From the NCBI GenBank assembly GCA_963842525.1, contig CAWJGT010000001.1:512001-576000 (forward strand): a stretch of 64,000 nt of DNA, given 5' to 3'. The DNA comes from an uncultured Holophagales bacterium (lineage in GTDB: Bacteria; Acidobacteriota; Thermoanaerobaculia; Multivoradales; UBA5704). Every line of letters starts with the position of its first letter. Within the stretch, counting starts at the first letter, position 1. A program made the position numbers and the translations under genes. Below the pieces are notes generated by a model. It was not told the origin of the DNA and did not search any database. It was given only the letters and a program-made list of their open reading frames with translations. Below are positions 1 through 10,416 of the stretch, piece after piece.

Positions 1-105
1 GCAGCCCAGGGACCGAGGTCGGTGGGCGGGTCCGCGGCGGCGAGCCCCGGCAGGGTCCCGAGAGCTATCAGCGCCAGCAGCGCCAGAGTCGTGCGGAGCC
101 GCATC

Positions 106-690
106 TCAGGAGTCCTGGATCGGCAGGTCTTCGAATGGCGGCACGCTGGGGATCTGCAGGGTCACCGCCTTGACGTCGGCCGGCGGCGCCGGGAATTTGA
201 TCCAGATGGTCTGCGCCTCCCCGGGCGCCATCTCCTCGTACCAGCGGTCGGTCCAGTTCTGGCGCAGGGCGGCGATATAGGCGCCCTTCTCGTCCTGCAG
301 CGCCTCGTACTTCTTGCCGGCCCCGAGGTCCATCAGGTAGACCTCCTTATAGAGGATTTCGGGCTGGACCTCCGCGGTCCCCTGGTTGCGGAGCCGGACC
401 TTGGCGGTCAGCGTGTTCCCCTTGCGGCGGAACTCGGTGACCTCGGCGACGATGCCGGCCCAGTTGGTCTCCTGGCTGGCGATCGGTGCTCCGCCCGTCG
501 CCGCGGAGGACGCCGGTGTGGCCGCCGCCGGGGTGCCCTCGGCCTGGACGGGAGGAGACGCCGTCTCCGTCCCGGCCGCCGGAGCGGCGCTGCTCGAGCT
601 TTCCGGAGAGCCTGCGGCCGGCTCTTCTTTCTGGCAGGCGGCGGTCAACAGCAGGACGGTGAGGAGGGGGACGCCGAGCTTCACGTTCAT
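106..690 (-). CDS. Hypothetical lipoprotein
   Basis: Start re-set to ATG at 690 (MNVKLG...). Hydrophobic leader with lipobox-like LTAAC, then an Ala/Ser/Pro-rich linker and a beta-rich domain. Confidence 0.7.
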   Translation of the reverse strand: MNVKLGVPLLTVLLLTAACQKEEPAAGSPESSSSAAPAAGTETASPPVQAEGTPAAATPASSAATGGAPIASQETNWAGIVAEVTEFRRKGNTLTAKVRLRNQGTAEVQPEILYKEVYLMDLGAGKKYEALQDEKGAYIAALRQNWTDRWYEEMAPGEAQTIWIKFPAPPADVKAVTLQIPSVPPFEDLPIQDS

Positions 691-751
691 GAGCGGTTCC
701 TCCTGGCCCTTGTTGGGCGATCGGGCTCCAGGAGGAATATACAACGTCCAG

Positions 752-1408
752 CTATCCCAGCAGGCTCTTGAGCTCCTTCAGCGACTCGAGCTCCTGCTCC
801 AGACGGCGGACCGTCTCCTCCAACTGCTGGACGCGTTGGGAGAGCGTAGGCCCGGAATGAGTAGCGGCCAGGAGGGGGGCCTCCGGCGACTCGGGCTCCG
901 CTCTTTCGGCGATGTCTCCCACCAGGTGGGTCCAGCGGGTCTCTTTCTGGCCGGGCCGCCGCGAGGTCTCGGCCACCAGGGGCTCGTCCTCCGCGGCCAT
1001 GCGGCGCAGGGCTTCCTCCACCTCTTCGAGCGAGCCGAACGGATGCATGCGCTCGCTGCGCGTTCGCAGCTCCCCCGGGGTCTGCGGGCCGCGCAGCAGG
1101 AGCAGGGTCATCAGCGCCTTGCCGGCCCGGTCCAGCCCCCAGCGGCGGACCACGCTCTGCTGCCACCGCTCGGTGCGCGCCCCCTCGCTGCGCCAGACCA
1201 GCACCTCCTGGCGCAGCCGCTCCAGGGCCGCGTCGACCTCCCCCTCGGAGACCTCCATCACCGGGTCGCGGTTGGTCTTCTGGTTGGCGCCGGCGAGCAC
1301 GGCGTTGACGGTCATGGGGACGGCGTCAGGCGTGGTCTGCTCCTTCTCCAGCAGCACGCCGAGGACGCGGATCTCGGCGGGATCGAGCTTCCTGGTGCGG
1401 GTCGACAC
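752..1408 (-). CDS. YceH/DUF480 family protein
   Basis: Motifs E-x-RVLGVLLEKEQTTPD, NQKTNRDPVM and LLLRGPQTPGELRTRSERM. GTG start at 1408 with an AGGAGG RBS. Confidence 0.9.
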   Translation of the reverse strand: MSTRTRKLDPAEIRVLGVLLEKEQTTPDAVPMTVNAVLAGANQKTNRDPVMEVSEGEVDAALERLRQEVLVWRSEGARTERWQQSVVRRWGLDRAGKALMTLLLLRGPQTPGELRTRSERMHPFGSLEEVEEALRRMAAEDEPLVAETSRRPGQKETRWTHLVGDIAERAEPESPEAPLLAATHSGPTLSQRVQQLEETVRRLEQELESLKELKSLLG

Positions 1409-1840
1409 GGGCCCTCCTCTTGGCGGGATCTTACCCCTCCTTTTTTGCTCCGCCGCAAGCTCTTGATTTTTCTCTCCGACAGTGCCATGCTTCATCGGTC
1501 CAAGCAAGCGCACGTGGTTGGAAGCGGCATCAGAGATATCACCCTGCCATCACTCCCCCCCGCAGCACACCGATCCGAGGCGCACAGCAACTTCTAAACA
1601 GGATGCACCCAGGCTGTCAGGAACCTGAGGGACCATCGGTCATGCGTTTGCCGAACCCATAGCTTCGGGCCGCCGTTTCGTACGCAGAGACGCTGAGAGA
1701 TCGTGTCGTTTCTTGATTCAGAGGAGAGACTCCCGAGATTCGCGGATTGCTGTTTTGATTTCGGTCCTCCTTTCCGGAGGGCGGAGGTTGCCGCTTCGTG
1801 CGGCGTAACAACAACTCTATTGTTGTAAGGAGCAAAGAGT

Positions 1841-2044
1841 ATGGCCGAACAAGGTGTCGTGAAGTGGTTCAATGACGCGAAGGGGTACGGCTTCATCGTG
1901 CGGGAGCGCGGTGCGGACGTCTTCGTCCACCATGCCTCGATCATTGCAGAGGGCTTTCGGACCCTGAGCGAGGGGGATCGTGTCTCCTTCGAGGTTGTCG
2001 AGGGGCCGAAGGGCCTCCAGGCGAAGAACGTCGTCAAGATCTGA
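1841..2044 (+). CDS. Cold-shock protein (CspA family)
   Basis: [13 protein letters not shown] (RNP1) and DVFVHHASI (RNP2); 67 aa; AGGAG RBS. Confidence 0.97.
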   Translation: MAEQGVVKWFNDAKGYGFIVRERGADVFVHHASIIAEGFRTLSEGDRVSFEVVEGPKGLQAKNVVKI

Positions 2045-2070
2045 CCGGCTTCGGCTCTCGATCATCCGGC

Positions 2071-2103
2071 GCCCCGCCCGGGACCTTTCCCGGCGGGGCT
2101 TTG
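2071..2103 (+). terminator. Probable intrinsic terminator between convergent genes
   Basis: GC hairpin gccccgcccggga-cctt-tcccggcggggc followed by ttt. Confidence 0.6.
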
Positions 2104-2122
2104 CCGTTTCTGGGGGGATCTT

Positions 2123-2926
2123 CTACCGGAAGTCCGAGCGGAAGCTCTGGAAGTTCCGGGTGTCGCGGGTGCCGCGGCGGCCGTAGCGGGAGGCCGCGGA
2201 CTCGGCGCGGACGATGCGGTCCTCGGTCAGCGGATGGCTGGCGAAGAACTGCTCGACCTTGCCCGGCCGGCTTTTCCGCATCTGCAGGAGCTGCCGGAAG
2301 AAGTCGGCCGCGCCGTAGGGGTTGTAGCCCGCCTGCGCCGCGAGCGCCACGCCCCGCTGGTCCGCGTCGTACTCGGCCTGGCGGCTGTAGCGGGTCAGCA
2401 CTCCGGTCCCCACGAGCTGGGCGAGGATCCGCTCGCCCTGTCCGGCGTCTCTGCCCAGCAGCAGCCCGGCGATCATGTTGTAGCCGTACGACCGGCTCAT
2501 GAGCTGGGTGCCGTGGCGCTCCGTGCCATGGCTGATCTCGTGCGCGAGCACGCCGACGAGCTGGTCGAGAGTGTCCGCCTCGGCGATCAGGCCGGAATTC
2601 ACGTACACCAGGCCGCCCGGCAGGTTGAAGGCGTTGACCGACGGGTCGTCCACGATGAAGAAGTCCCACGGGCGGTTGCCCAGCGGGGTCTTGGATGCGA
2701 GCCGCCGGCCGACATAGTTGATGTACTCCTGGGCTTCGCGGTCGTTGACCAGGCGCATCTGCTGGAGCACCTGCTGGTGCAGGTCGCCCCGCATCGACCA
2801 CTCCTGATCGAGAGAGACCAGGTTGAAGCCCTTGGCCTCGGCGGCGGGGGCTGCGGCCAGGAGAAGAACGGCCAGGAGGGCCGGTTCGATCATTCGATGG
2901 AGACGGACATTGCGCTGCAAGCTCAT
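2123..2926 (-). CDS. M48 family zinc metallopeptidase, secreted
   Basis: NAFNLPGG, HEISH (HExxH), YSRQAEYDAD, FFASHP; signal peptide; ATG at 2926 with GAGGAGG RBS. Confidence 0.92.
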   Translation of the reverse strand: MSLQRNVRLHRMIEPALLAVLLLAAAPAAEAKGFNLVSLDQEWSMRGDLHQQVLQQMRLVNDREAQEYINYVGRRLASKTPLGNRPWDFFIVDDPSVNAFNLPGGLVYVNSGLIAEADTLDQLVGVLAHEISHGTERHGTQLMSRSYGYNMIAGLLLGRDAGQGERILAQLVGTGVLTRYSRQAEYDADQRGVALAAQAGYNPYGAADFFRQLLQMRKSRPGKVEQFFASHPLTEDRIVRAESAASRYGRRGTRDTRNFQSFRSDFR

Positions 2927-3134
2927 TTTGGTGCCTCCTCTCTGCGCAAGCCCCCGATCCACCGGGGGTCGCTCCCCAATAGGGCAAACGCCGTGCCACA
3001 CCCGGCCTGAAGCATCGATCTTCCTGCAAGAGAAGGATTTCCCAAGGAAGGGGCTCTCCGCGCCATGGGCCGGGGGACCGGCGGATCGTCCTCCCCGGAG
3101 GACACCCGTGTTAACATGCGACGACGAAGCCCGC

Positions 3135-3929
3135 ATGGAACCTCTTCTCTTCTCCTATCGCCTGGTCGTCTCCTACCGCGGCGCGGCGTACGCCGGCTGG
3201 CAACGGCAGGCGAACGCGCGCACGGTGCAGGCGGTGCTGGAGGAGGCTCTCGAGACGCTGCTCGGCCACCCGGTCCGCGTCACCGGCGCGAGCCGGACCG
3301 ATGCGGGGGTCCACGCACGGGGACAGGCGGCCGGCCTCGAGCTGCCGGAGCCCTTCCCGCCGCGCGGGCTGGTGCACGGGACCAACCACCATCTTCCGGA
3401 GGACGTTCGGGTGTTGGCCGCCGGCCGGGTGCCGCCGGGATTCCACGCGCGGAAGCACGCCCGGGCCAAGGAGTACAGCTATCGCCTGGTGCGCTGCGCC
3501 GTGCTCTCTCCCCTGGACGCTCCCTTTGCGGTGCAGGCCGGCCCGGACCTCGACCTGGAGGCGATGCGGCGGGCCGCGGCCTGCCTGCCGGGCCGGCACG
3601 ACTTCTCGGCTTTCGCCTTGGCCGGGGGATCGCACGGCCAGCCGTTCCGCACCGTCTTTGCGGCGGCCTGGGAGGACGAGGGGGAAGAGCTGCGCTTCCG
3701 GGTGGAGGGAGACGGGTTCCTCCGCGGCATGGTTCGTGCCCTCGTGGGGACGATGATCGAGGTGGGCCTCGGGAGGCGCTCGCCGGAAGCCTTTGCCGGC
3801 CTGCTCGCGGGGGGGCCGCGGGCGCAGGCCGGCCCGACGGCGCCCGCGCATGGCCTGATCCTCGAACGGGTGCTATATCCTTCCGCCTGGCAGTGTCCGG
3901 AGGGTGTGGAGGGCGATGTGGTACCGTAA
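3135..3929 (+). CDS. truA: tRNA pseudouridine(38-40) synthase
   Basis: YxGxxYAGWQRQ, ASRTDAGVHARGQ, GFLRGMVR, TAPAHGL. Confidence 0.96.
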   Translation: MEPLLFSYRLVVSYRGAAYAGWQRQANARTVQAVLEEALETLLGHPVRVTGASRTDAGVHARGQAAGLELPEPFPPRGLVHGTNHHLPEDVRVLAAGRVPPGFHARKHARAKEYSYRLVRCAVLSPLDAPFAVQAGPDLDLEAMRRAAACLPGRHDFSAFALAGGSHGQPFRTVFAAAWEDEGEELRFRVEGDGFLRGMVRALVGTMIEVGLGRRSPEAFAGLLAGGPRAQAGPTAPAHGLILERVLYPSAWQCPEGVEGDVVP

Positions 3930-3945
3930 TGGGGTTTTTTTGACC

Positions 3946-4785
<840 letters not shown>

Positions 4786-4798
4786 GCCGCCGTCCGCG

Positions 4799-5623
4799 AT
4801 GCAGCGCCTCCTCACCGCCGCTGTCCTGACCCCCCTGGCGCTGGCGGCGCTCTTCCTGCTCCCCCATCCCTGGTGGTTCGTCTTCGAGGCGATCCTCGTC
4901 GAGGCGGCGGTCTGGGAGTACATCGCGATGGTGCGCGCCCGGGCGCCGCGGGCGCCGTTGCGGGCGCTGCTGCTCTTCGTGCCCCTGGCGGCGGTGGCCA
5001 TGAGTGCCTCGATGAACGGCGGCTTCGTGGCCGAGCGCCACCTCCTCGTCGCCGGCGCCCTGATGTCGATCGGTCTGGGCACCCTGCTGCTGCTGAGCCG
5101 CACGCCGCTCGAGGACTCGATCCCGGCGCTGGGCATCCTCGGCTTCGGCATCCCCTATTTCGCGGTGCCGATCGCCAGCCTCCATCACCTGCAGCGCGCC
5201 GATCCCTGGCTGGTCTTCCTGCTCATGGCCATCGTCTGGCTGGGGGACACGGCGGCCTATTACATCGGCTCCCGCATCGGACGGCACAGGATGGCGCCGG
5301 TCATCAGCCCCAAGAAGAGCTGGGAAGGGGCGGCCGCCGGCTTCGTGGTCAGCCTGATCGCGGCGGCGGTATGGAGCGTCTGGCGGCTCGAGGAGCTCGA
5401 CCCGGCCCTGCTGGTCGTCGCCGCGGCCACCGCCGCCGCAGCCCAGGTGGGGGACTTGGTCGAGTCCATGATCAAGCGGGGCGTGGGCGTCAAGGACTCG
5501 GGGAGCGTCCTGCCGGGGCATGGCGGCGTGCTCGACCGCCTGGACGCCATGCTGTTCGCGGCTCCGGTCCTGCTGATCGGCCTCTGGCTGCTGGGGGTGG
5601 ACGGCGTCACCCTGTCCCAGTAG
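4799..5623 (+). CDS. cdsA: Phosphatidate cytidylyltransferase
   Basis: Multi-TM; ISPKKSWEG, GDLVESMIKRGVGVKDSGSVLPGHGGVLDRLD. Confidence 0.96.
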   Translation: MQRLLTAAVLTPLALAALFLLPHPWWFVFEAILVEAAVWEYIAMVRARAPRAPLRALLLFVPLAAVAMSASMNGGFVAERHLLVAGALMSIGLGTLLLLSRTPLEDSIPALGILGFGIPYFAVPIASLHHLQRADPWLVFLLMAIVWLGDTAAYYIGSRIGRHRMAPVISPKKSWEGAAAGFVVSLIAAAVWSVWRLEELDPALLVVAAATAAAAQVGDLVESMIKRGVGVKDSGSVLPGHGGVLDRLDAMLFAAPVLLIGLWLLGVDGVTLSQ

Positions 5624-5753
5624 GTCCTCATCCTCTGGGAATGCCGGAGGAGCGCAGGGCGGTTCGGTATAATCGAGCTCTTTTGGCACACCAGCCGTAC
5701 CGCGGGCTCGTGCTCGGGGGGAGCGGTCTCTTATCTCGAAAGGCAGCATCGGA

Positions 5754-7058
5754 ATGAACGTCGATCCCGTCAACTTCCTTACCAACACCCTCGCCTTCAT
5801 CTTTGCGCTGGGTGTGATCATCGTGGTCCACGAAGCCGGACACCTCCTCGTCGCCAAGGCGTTCGGCGTGCGGGTTCTCACCTTCTCGGTCGGCTTCGGC
5901 AAGAAGCTGTGGGGCTTCCGCCGCGGCGAGACCGAGTACCGGGTCTCGGCCGTGCCGCTCGGCGGCTACGTCCGCCTGGGCGGGGAGAACACGGAGGAGT
6001 CGACGGGCGATCCGCGGGAGTTCCTGAGCAAGCCGCGCTGGCAGCGGGTGCTCGTCTACCTGGCCGGACCGGCGATGAACGTGGTGCTGGCGATCGTGCT
6101 CTTCGCCGCCCTGTTCATGGTCGGCATCCCGACGATGAACTTCCCCGACATGCCGCCCGTCCTCGGCGGCGTCGAGGCGGGCTCGTCGGCGGCCCAGGCC
6201 GGGCTGCGCCGCGGCGACCGCATTGTCTCGATCGACGGCACCCCGATGGAGAACTGGCAGGACGCGCTGATGACGCTCCTCACCTCGGGAGGACGCCCGC
6301 TGCGGCTCATCATCGACCGCGGCGGCAAGACCTTCGAGGCCACGGTCACGCCCACCCTCGATCCGCGCAGCGACCGCGGCGACACCGCCGGCATCCTCCC
6401 TGCTCTCCGCCCACAGATCATCCAGGTCATGGGAGGGACCCCGGCGCAGGCCGCCGGCTTCCGTCCCGGCGACGAAATCCGGCACGTCGACAAGCGGGCG
6501 GTCACCGACGACAAGGACTTCGTGGCCTATATCGAGAAGCGGGCCGGCCAGAGAGTTGACATCGAGGTCGTGCGCGACGGCAAGGCCCTGATCCTGCCCG
6601 TCGTGCCGCGCGACGACGGCGGCGTCGGAAAGATCGGCGTGCAGATCGGCTTCTACCAGCGCTACGGCCCGGCGCGGGCGGTGGTGGAGAGCCTCCGCTT
6701 CAACGTGCAGATCGTCAAGGACACCTTCTCCATCATCGGCAAGATCTTCACGCGCAGAGTGTCGGCCAAGGGGGCGCTCGCCGGTCCGCTGGAGATCGCC
6801 AAGCAGAGCGGCGAGGCGGCGCGCACCGGCTTCAAGCAACTGCTCTACATGATGGGCTTCATCAGCATCAGCATCGGCATCATGAACCTGATGCCGATCC
6901 CGATCCTGGACGGCGGGCAGATCTTCATCCTGGCGATCGAGGGGGTGATCCGCCGCGACCTCTCCCTGCGCCTCAAGGAGGTCGTCAGCCAGGTCGGCTT
7001 CGTCCTCATCGTGCTCCTGATGGTGATGGTGCTATGGTTCGACTTCCAGAAACTCTGA
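5754..7058 (+). CDS. rseP: RIP metalloprotease RseP with two PDZ domains
   Basis: HEAGH, PLGGYV, AGPAMN, NLMPIPILDGG. Confidence 0.96.
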   Translation: MNVDPVNFLTNTLAFIFALGVIIVVHEAGHLLVAKAFGVRVLTFSVGFGKKLWGFRRGETEYRVSAVPLGGYVRLGGENTEESTGDPREFLSKPRWQRVLVYLAGPAMNVVLAIVLFAALFMVGIPTMNFPDMPPVLGGVEAGSSAAQAGLRRGDRIVSIDGTPMENWQDALMTLLTSGGRPLRLIIDRGGKTFEATVTPTLDPRSDRGDTAGILPALRPQIIQVMGGTPAQAAGFRPGDEIRHVDKRAVTDDKDFVAYIEKRAGQRVDIEVVRDGKALILPVVPRDDGGVGKIGVQIGFYQRYGPARAVVESLRFNVQIVKDTFSIIGKIFTRRVSAKGALAGPLEIAKQSGEAARTGFKQLLYMMGFISISIGIMNLMPIPILDGGQIFILAIEGVIRRDLSLRLKEVVSQVGFVLIVLLMVMVLWFDFQKL

Positions 7059-7071
7059 CGGAGGGAGCCTG

Positions 7072-7593
7072 ATGCCTGGTCCGATCTCGATCGGCGACGA
7101 AGCGCCGAACTTCGACCTCAGCTCGACGGAAGATGCGCTTCTGATGTTGAAGGACGAGGTGGTGCGGACGGTGGTGGTGGTCTATTTCTTCGCCGATCCG
7201 GCCAGCGAGCGCGCGCACCGCGACCTCGACGCCCTGAACCGCCGCCTCGGCAAGCTGGCCGGCCTGCGCACCCGCGTGCTGGCGGTCTCGCCGGCGAAGC
7301 TGGACGACCTCAAGAAGCTGCAGGTGGAGCGCAAGCTCCTCTTCCCCCTGCTCCACGACGACCGCAACTTCTCCGCCGCCTACGGGGTGGCGCCTCCGGA
7401 AGAGGGCAAGCCGGCCGCTCCGGCGCTCGTGCTGGTCGGCCGCCGCCAGCGCATCCTCTGGCAGGCCAACCCGGTCGCCTCGGCCGAGGAGGCTCTGCCC
7501 CAGGTTGAGAAAGTCCTCGAGGAGCAGCCTTCTCCCACAAAGTCCTATCCGAAGAGCGTCATCAACCGGTGGGTCGACCGCTGGGTGAACTGA
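7072..7593 (+). CDS. Redoxin/AhpC-TSA-fold protein lacking cysteine
   Basis: IGDEAPNFDL, VVVYFF, LFPLLHD, AYGV match the BCP/peroxiredoxin fold; the ORF contains no Cys. Confidence 0.7.
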   Translation: MPGPISIGDEAPNFDLSSTEDALLMLKDEVVRTVVVVYFFADPASERAHRDLDALNRRLGKLAGLRTRVLAVSPAKLDDLKKLQVERKLLFPLLHDDRNFSAAYGVAPPEEGKPAAPALVLVGRRQRILWQANPVASAEEALPQVEKVLEEQPSPTKSYPKSVINRWVDRWVN

Positions 7594-7689
7594 GGGTCCT
7601 GGTTGGGAAAATCCAACCTGGATGCCAGTAGGTCTGGGGTTTGACGGACCCGGGGATGCAGGCTGGCGCCGGGCCGGTACCCTTGAACC

Positions 7690-7986
7690 ATGGGGACCCA
7701 GGCGCCGGGAGCGGATTCGGAGAGCGAGCCGAGCCGGTTCCAGAACGCCCATCCCGACGACCGGCTGCTCGAACGCTTCCTGCGCGGCGATTCGACGCCG
7801 CAGGAGAACCAGCGCATCGTGCGTCACCTCCTTTCCGGCTGTCCGCGCTGCCGGGAGAAGATGCTCCCGCTCTGGATGTTCCTCGCCGAAGGTTCCTTCC
7901 GCGGTGAGGACCGGCGGGAGGGCCCGCGCCGGCCCAGGGCTGACCCGGGAACGTCACGGGGCGAAGCTCGCCGGCCCCTGGCCTGA
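7690..7986 (+). CDS. Small protein with zf-HC2-like (H-x3-GCxxC) motif
   Basis: HPDDRLLERFLRG...VRHLLSGCPRCRE resembles anti-sigma zinc-finger domains. Confidence 0.55.
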   Translation: MGTQAPGADSESEPSRFQNAHPDDRLLERFLRGDSTPQENQRIVRHLLSGCPRCREKMLPLWMFLAEGSFRGEDRREGPRRPRADPGTSRGEARRPLA

Positions 7987-8005
7987 CTCTGCTGAAAAAG
8001 CGACG

Positions 8006-8238
8006 AGCTGCACCGAGGTGCAGGTGACCTGCGCCATGGTGCAGCCGACCTGCACCGCGGCGCGGGTAGGCCGGCCGAAGTGCAGGTGAGCTGCGCCGAA
8101 GCCGGGCTCAACTGCACCGCGGCGCAGGCCGGTCCCACCATGGCGCAGGTCACCTACGCCGCGGCGTGGGTGCGCGCGCCGAAGCGTGCAAACCTCCCAA
8201 ATCGGCGCAGCTCGCCTGCACCTCGGCGTAGTCCGACC
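8006..8238. repeat. Degenerate ~21-bp tandem repeat with internal palindromes
   Basis: Units such as agctgcaccgaggtgcaggtg, acctgcgccatggtgcagccg, acctgcaccgcggcgcgggta, aactgcaccgcggcgcaggcc. Confidence 0.6.
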
Positions 8239-8315
8239 CTCGCGGTCCTGGTGACGTTCAGGATCACCCGCTATAATGCGAGGCGATTGCAGGAAGGAAG
8301 GATGAAGGGGTTCCC

Positions 8316-9431
8316 ATGGCCAAAGCACGTGTCGCCGTACTCAAGACCAAGCCCGATACCGTCCTGGAGGACGTGGGGCGGACGATGGACCTCGCCGAGG
8401 CCCGCCGCCATCTCGCTCCGGGCGTGACGACGATCCTCAAGGACAACATCTCCTGGCACTTCCCCTTTCCCGGGGCCAACACCACACCCTGGCAGCTCGA
8501 AGGGACGATCCAGAAGCTGCGCGCGGACGGCCATCGCGACCTCGTCTGCGTGCAGAACAACACGGTGGTGACCGACCCCAAGAAGGGCGAGCGGCTCAAC
8601 CGTTATCTGCCGGTGCTCGACAAGTACGACGTGCCGGTACGCTACAACTGCTTCGCCGACGACTTGAAGTGGGTGCGCTACGAGCCCAAGGGGAAGATGC
8701 TGGCGCTGCACAAGATCTACCCCGAGGGAATCACCATCCCGGAATTCTTCCTGGGCAAGAACATCGTCCACCTGCCGACGGTCAAATGCCACATCTACAC
8801 CACGACCACCGGGGCCATGAAAAACGCCTTCGGCGGCCTGCTCAACACCCGGCGGCACTACACCCACTCGTGGATCCACGAGACCCTGGTCGACCTGCTG
8901 ACCATCCAGAAGGAGATCCACTCGGGGCTCTTCGCGGTCAAGGACGGCACGACCTGCGGCAACGGCCCGGGGCCGCGCACCATGATCCCCGTGGAGAAGG
9001 ACATCCTGATGGCCTCGGGGGATCAGGTGGCGATCGACGCGGTGGCGGCCAAGATCATGGGGTTCGACCCCATGAAGATCAAGTACATCGCCCTGGCGCA
9101 CGAGGCCGGCCTGGGCGTGGGCGATCCGCGGGACATCGAGGTGGTCGGCGAGGATATCTCGAGCTGGAACTACCGCTTCACCGTGGGCGACAACGCGGTC
9201 TCCCGCTTCGGCGACCTCGTCTGGTTCGGGCCGTTGCACTGGATGCAGAAGCTCCTGTTCCGCACGCCCCTGGTCTACTTCTTCGTCTTCGGGTCGTACT
9301 TCTACCACGACTTCGCGTGGTACCCGACCATCGGCAAGCACCGCATCGAGCAGTACAAGAAGAACAGCAAGTGGATGCGCCTCTTCGAGCAGTATCCCGA
9401 GGTGTCGTCCGCGGAAGAGAAGGCCGCCTGA
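8316..9431 (+). CDS. DUF362 domain protein
   Basis: LKDNISWH..PGANTTPWQLEG, HLPTVKCH..TTTTGAMKNAFG, DQVAIDAVAAKIMG. Confidence 0.85.
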   Translation: MAKARVAVLKTKPDTVLEDVGRTMDLAEARRHLAPGVTTILKDNISWHFPFPGANTTPWQLEGTIQKLRADGHRDLVCVQNNTVVTDPKKGERLNRYLPVLDKYDVPVRYNCFADDLKWVRYEPKGKMLALHKIYPEGITIPEFFLGKNIVHLPTVKCHIYTTTTGAMKNAFGGLLNTRRHYTHSWIHETLVDLLTIQKEIHSGLFAVKDGTTCGNGPGPRTMIPVEKDILMASGDQVAIDAVAAKIMGFDPMKIKYIALAHEAGLGVGDPRDIEVVGEDISSWNYRFTVGDNAVSRFGDLVWFGPLHWMQKLLFRTPLVYFFVFGSYFYHDFAWYPTIGKHRIEQYKKNSKWMRLFEQYPEVSSAEEKAA

Positions 9432-10399
9432 GCGCCGAGCCCGAAGAGGGGACGGGGCTCGAGCGGCTCGGCCGCCGGCTCCTGGTGCCCCTGGGCCTGG
9501 GGGTGCTCGTGGTCGTCGGCCTGGTGTGGACGGCCGATCCGCGGGAGCTGGCGGCGAGCCTGCGCCGGTTCGACCTCCGGCTGCTGGTTCCGGTCCTGGC
9601 GCTCTCCCTGGTCAACTACGCCCTGCGCTTCGTGCGCTGGGAGCTCTATCTGAAGAAGCTGGGGGTCCCGCTTGCGCGCGGCCGGAGCCTGGCCATCTTC
9701 CTGGTGGGATTCCTCCTCTCGGTCACGCCGGGCAAGGCGGGAGAGCTGGGCAAGGCCTGGCTGATGCGCGAGCTCGGGGGCGGGCCGGCGTTGCGGGTGG
9801 TGCCCGCGGTGGTCGCCGAGCGGCTCCTGGACCTCCTGGGCAACCTCGTGCTGGTCGCGGTGGGGGTCCTGGCGTTCCCGGGCGGGGTGTGGTGGTCGCT
9901 GGCCCTCCTGGCCGCGGTCGTCCTCGGCACCGTCGTCCTCACCTGGAAGCGGGGAGCCGGGATCGCCTTCCGCCTCCTGGGGAAGCTGCCGCTGATCGGC
10001 CCCCGCACGGCCATGCTCTCCGACCTCTACGAGAACCTGCGGAGCCTGCTGACGCCGGGCTTGTTCGCCGCCGGGATGGCCCTCTCCGTGGTGGCCTGGG
10101 GAGCCGAAGGGCTCGGGTTCTTCCTGGTGGTCCGGGAGTACGCGCCGGCCGCCGGGTTCCTGGCGGCGCTCTTCAACTACACCGCCGCCACCGCGCTGGG
10201 CGGCCTCTCCATGCTCCCCGGCGGCCTGGGAGCCGCCGAAGGCTCCCTCGCCGCCCTCCTCCACGCCCAGGGGCTGGCCACCGCCGACGCCAACCTGGTC
10301 ACCCTGGTCATCCGCGGCGCCACCCTCTGGTTCGCGATTGTCCTGGGATTTCTCGCCCTGCCGTATGTAGTGCACCGGCTGGCGCGGCGGGGGAAATAA
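9428..10399 (+). CDS. Lysylphosphatidylglycerol synthase TM-domain (UPF0104/flippase-like) membrane protein
   Basis: LRFVRW, TPGKAGELGK, ERLLD, PGGLGAAEG; multi-TM. Start uncertain (CTG overlapping the upstream TGA). Confidence 0.85.
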   Translation: MSAEPEEGTGLERLGRRLLVPLGLGVLVVVGLVWTADPRELAASLRRFDLRLLVPVLALSLVNYALRFVRWELYLKKLGVPLARGRSLAIFLVGFLLSVTPGKAGELGKAWLMRELGGGPALRVVPAVVAERLLDLLGNLVLVAVGVLAFPGGVWWSLALLAAVVLGTVVLTWKRGAGIAFRLLGKLPLIGPRTAMLSDLYENLRSLLTPGLFAAGMALSVVAWGAEGLGFFLVVREYAPAAGFLAALFNYTAATALGGLSMLPGGLGAAEGSLAALLHAQGLATADANLVTLVIRGATLWFAIVLGFLALPYVVHRLARRGK

Positions 10400-10416
10400 G
10401 CCCTCGCCCCTCACCC

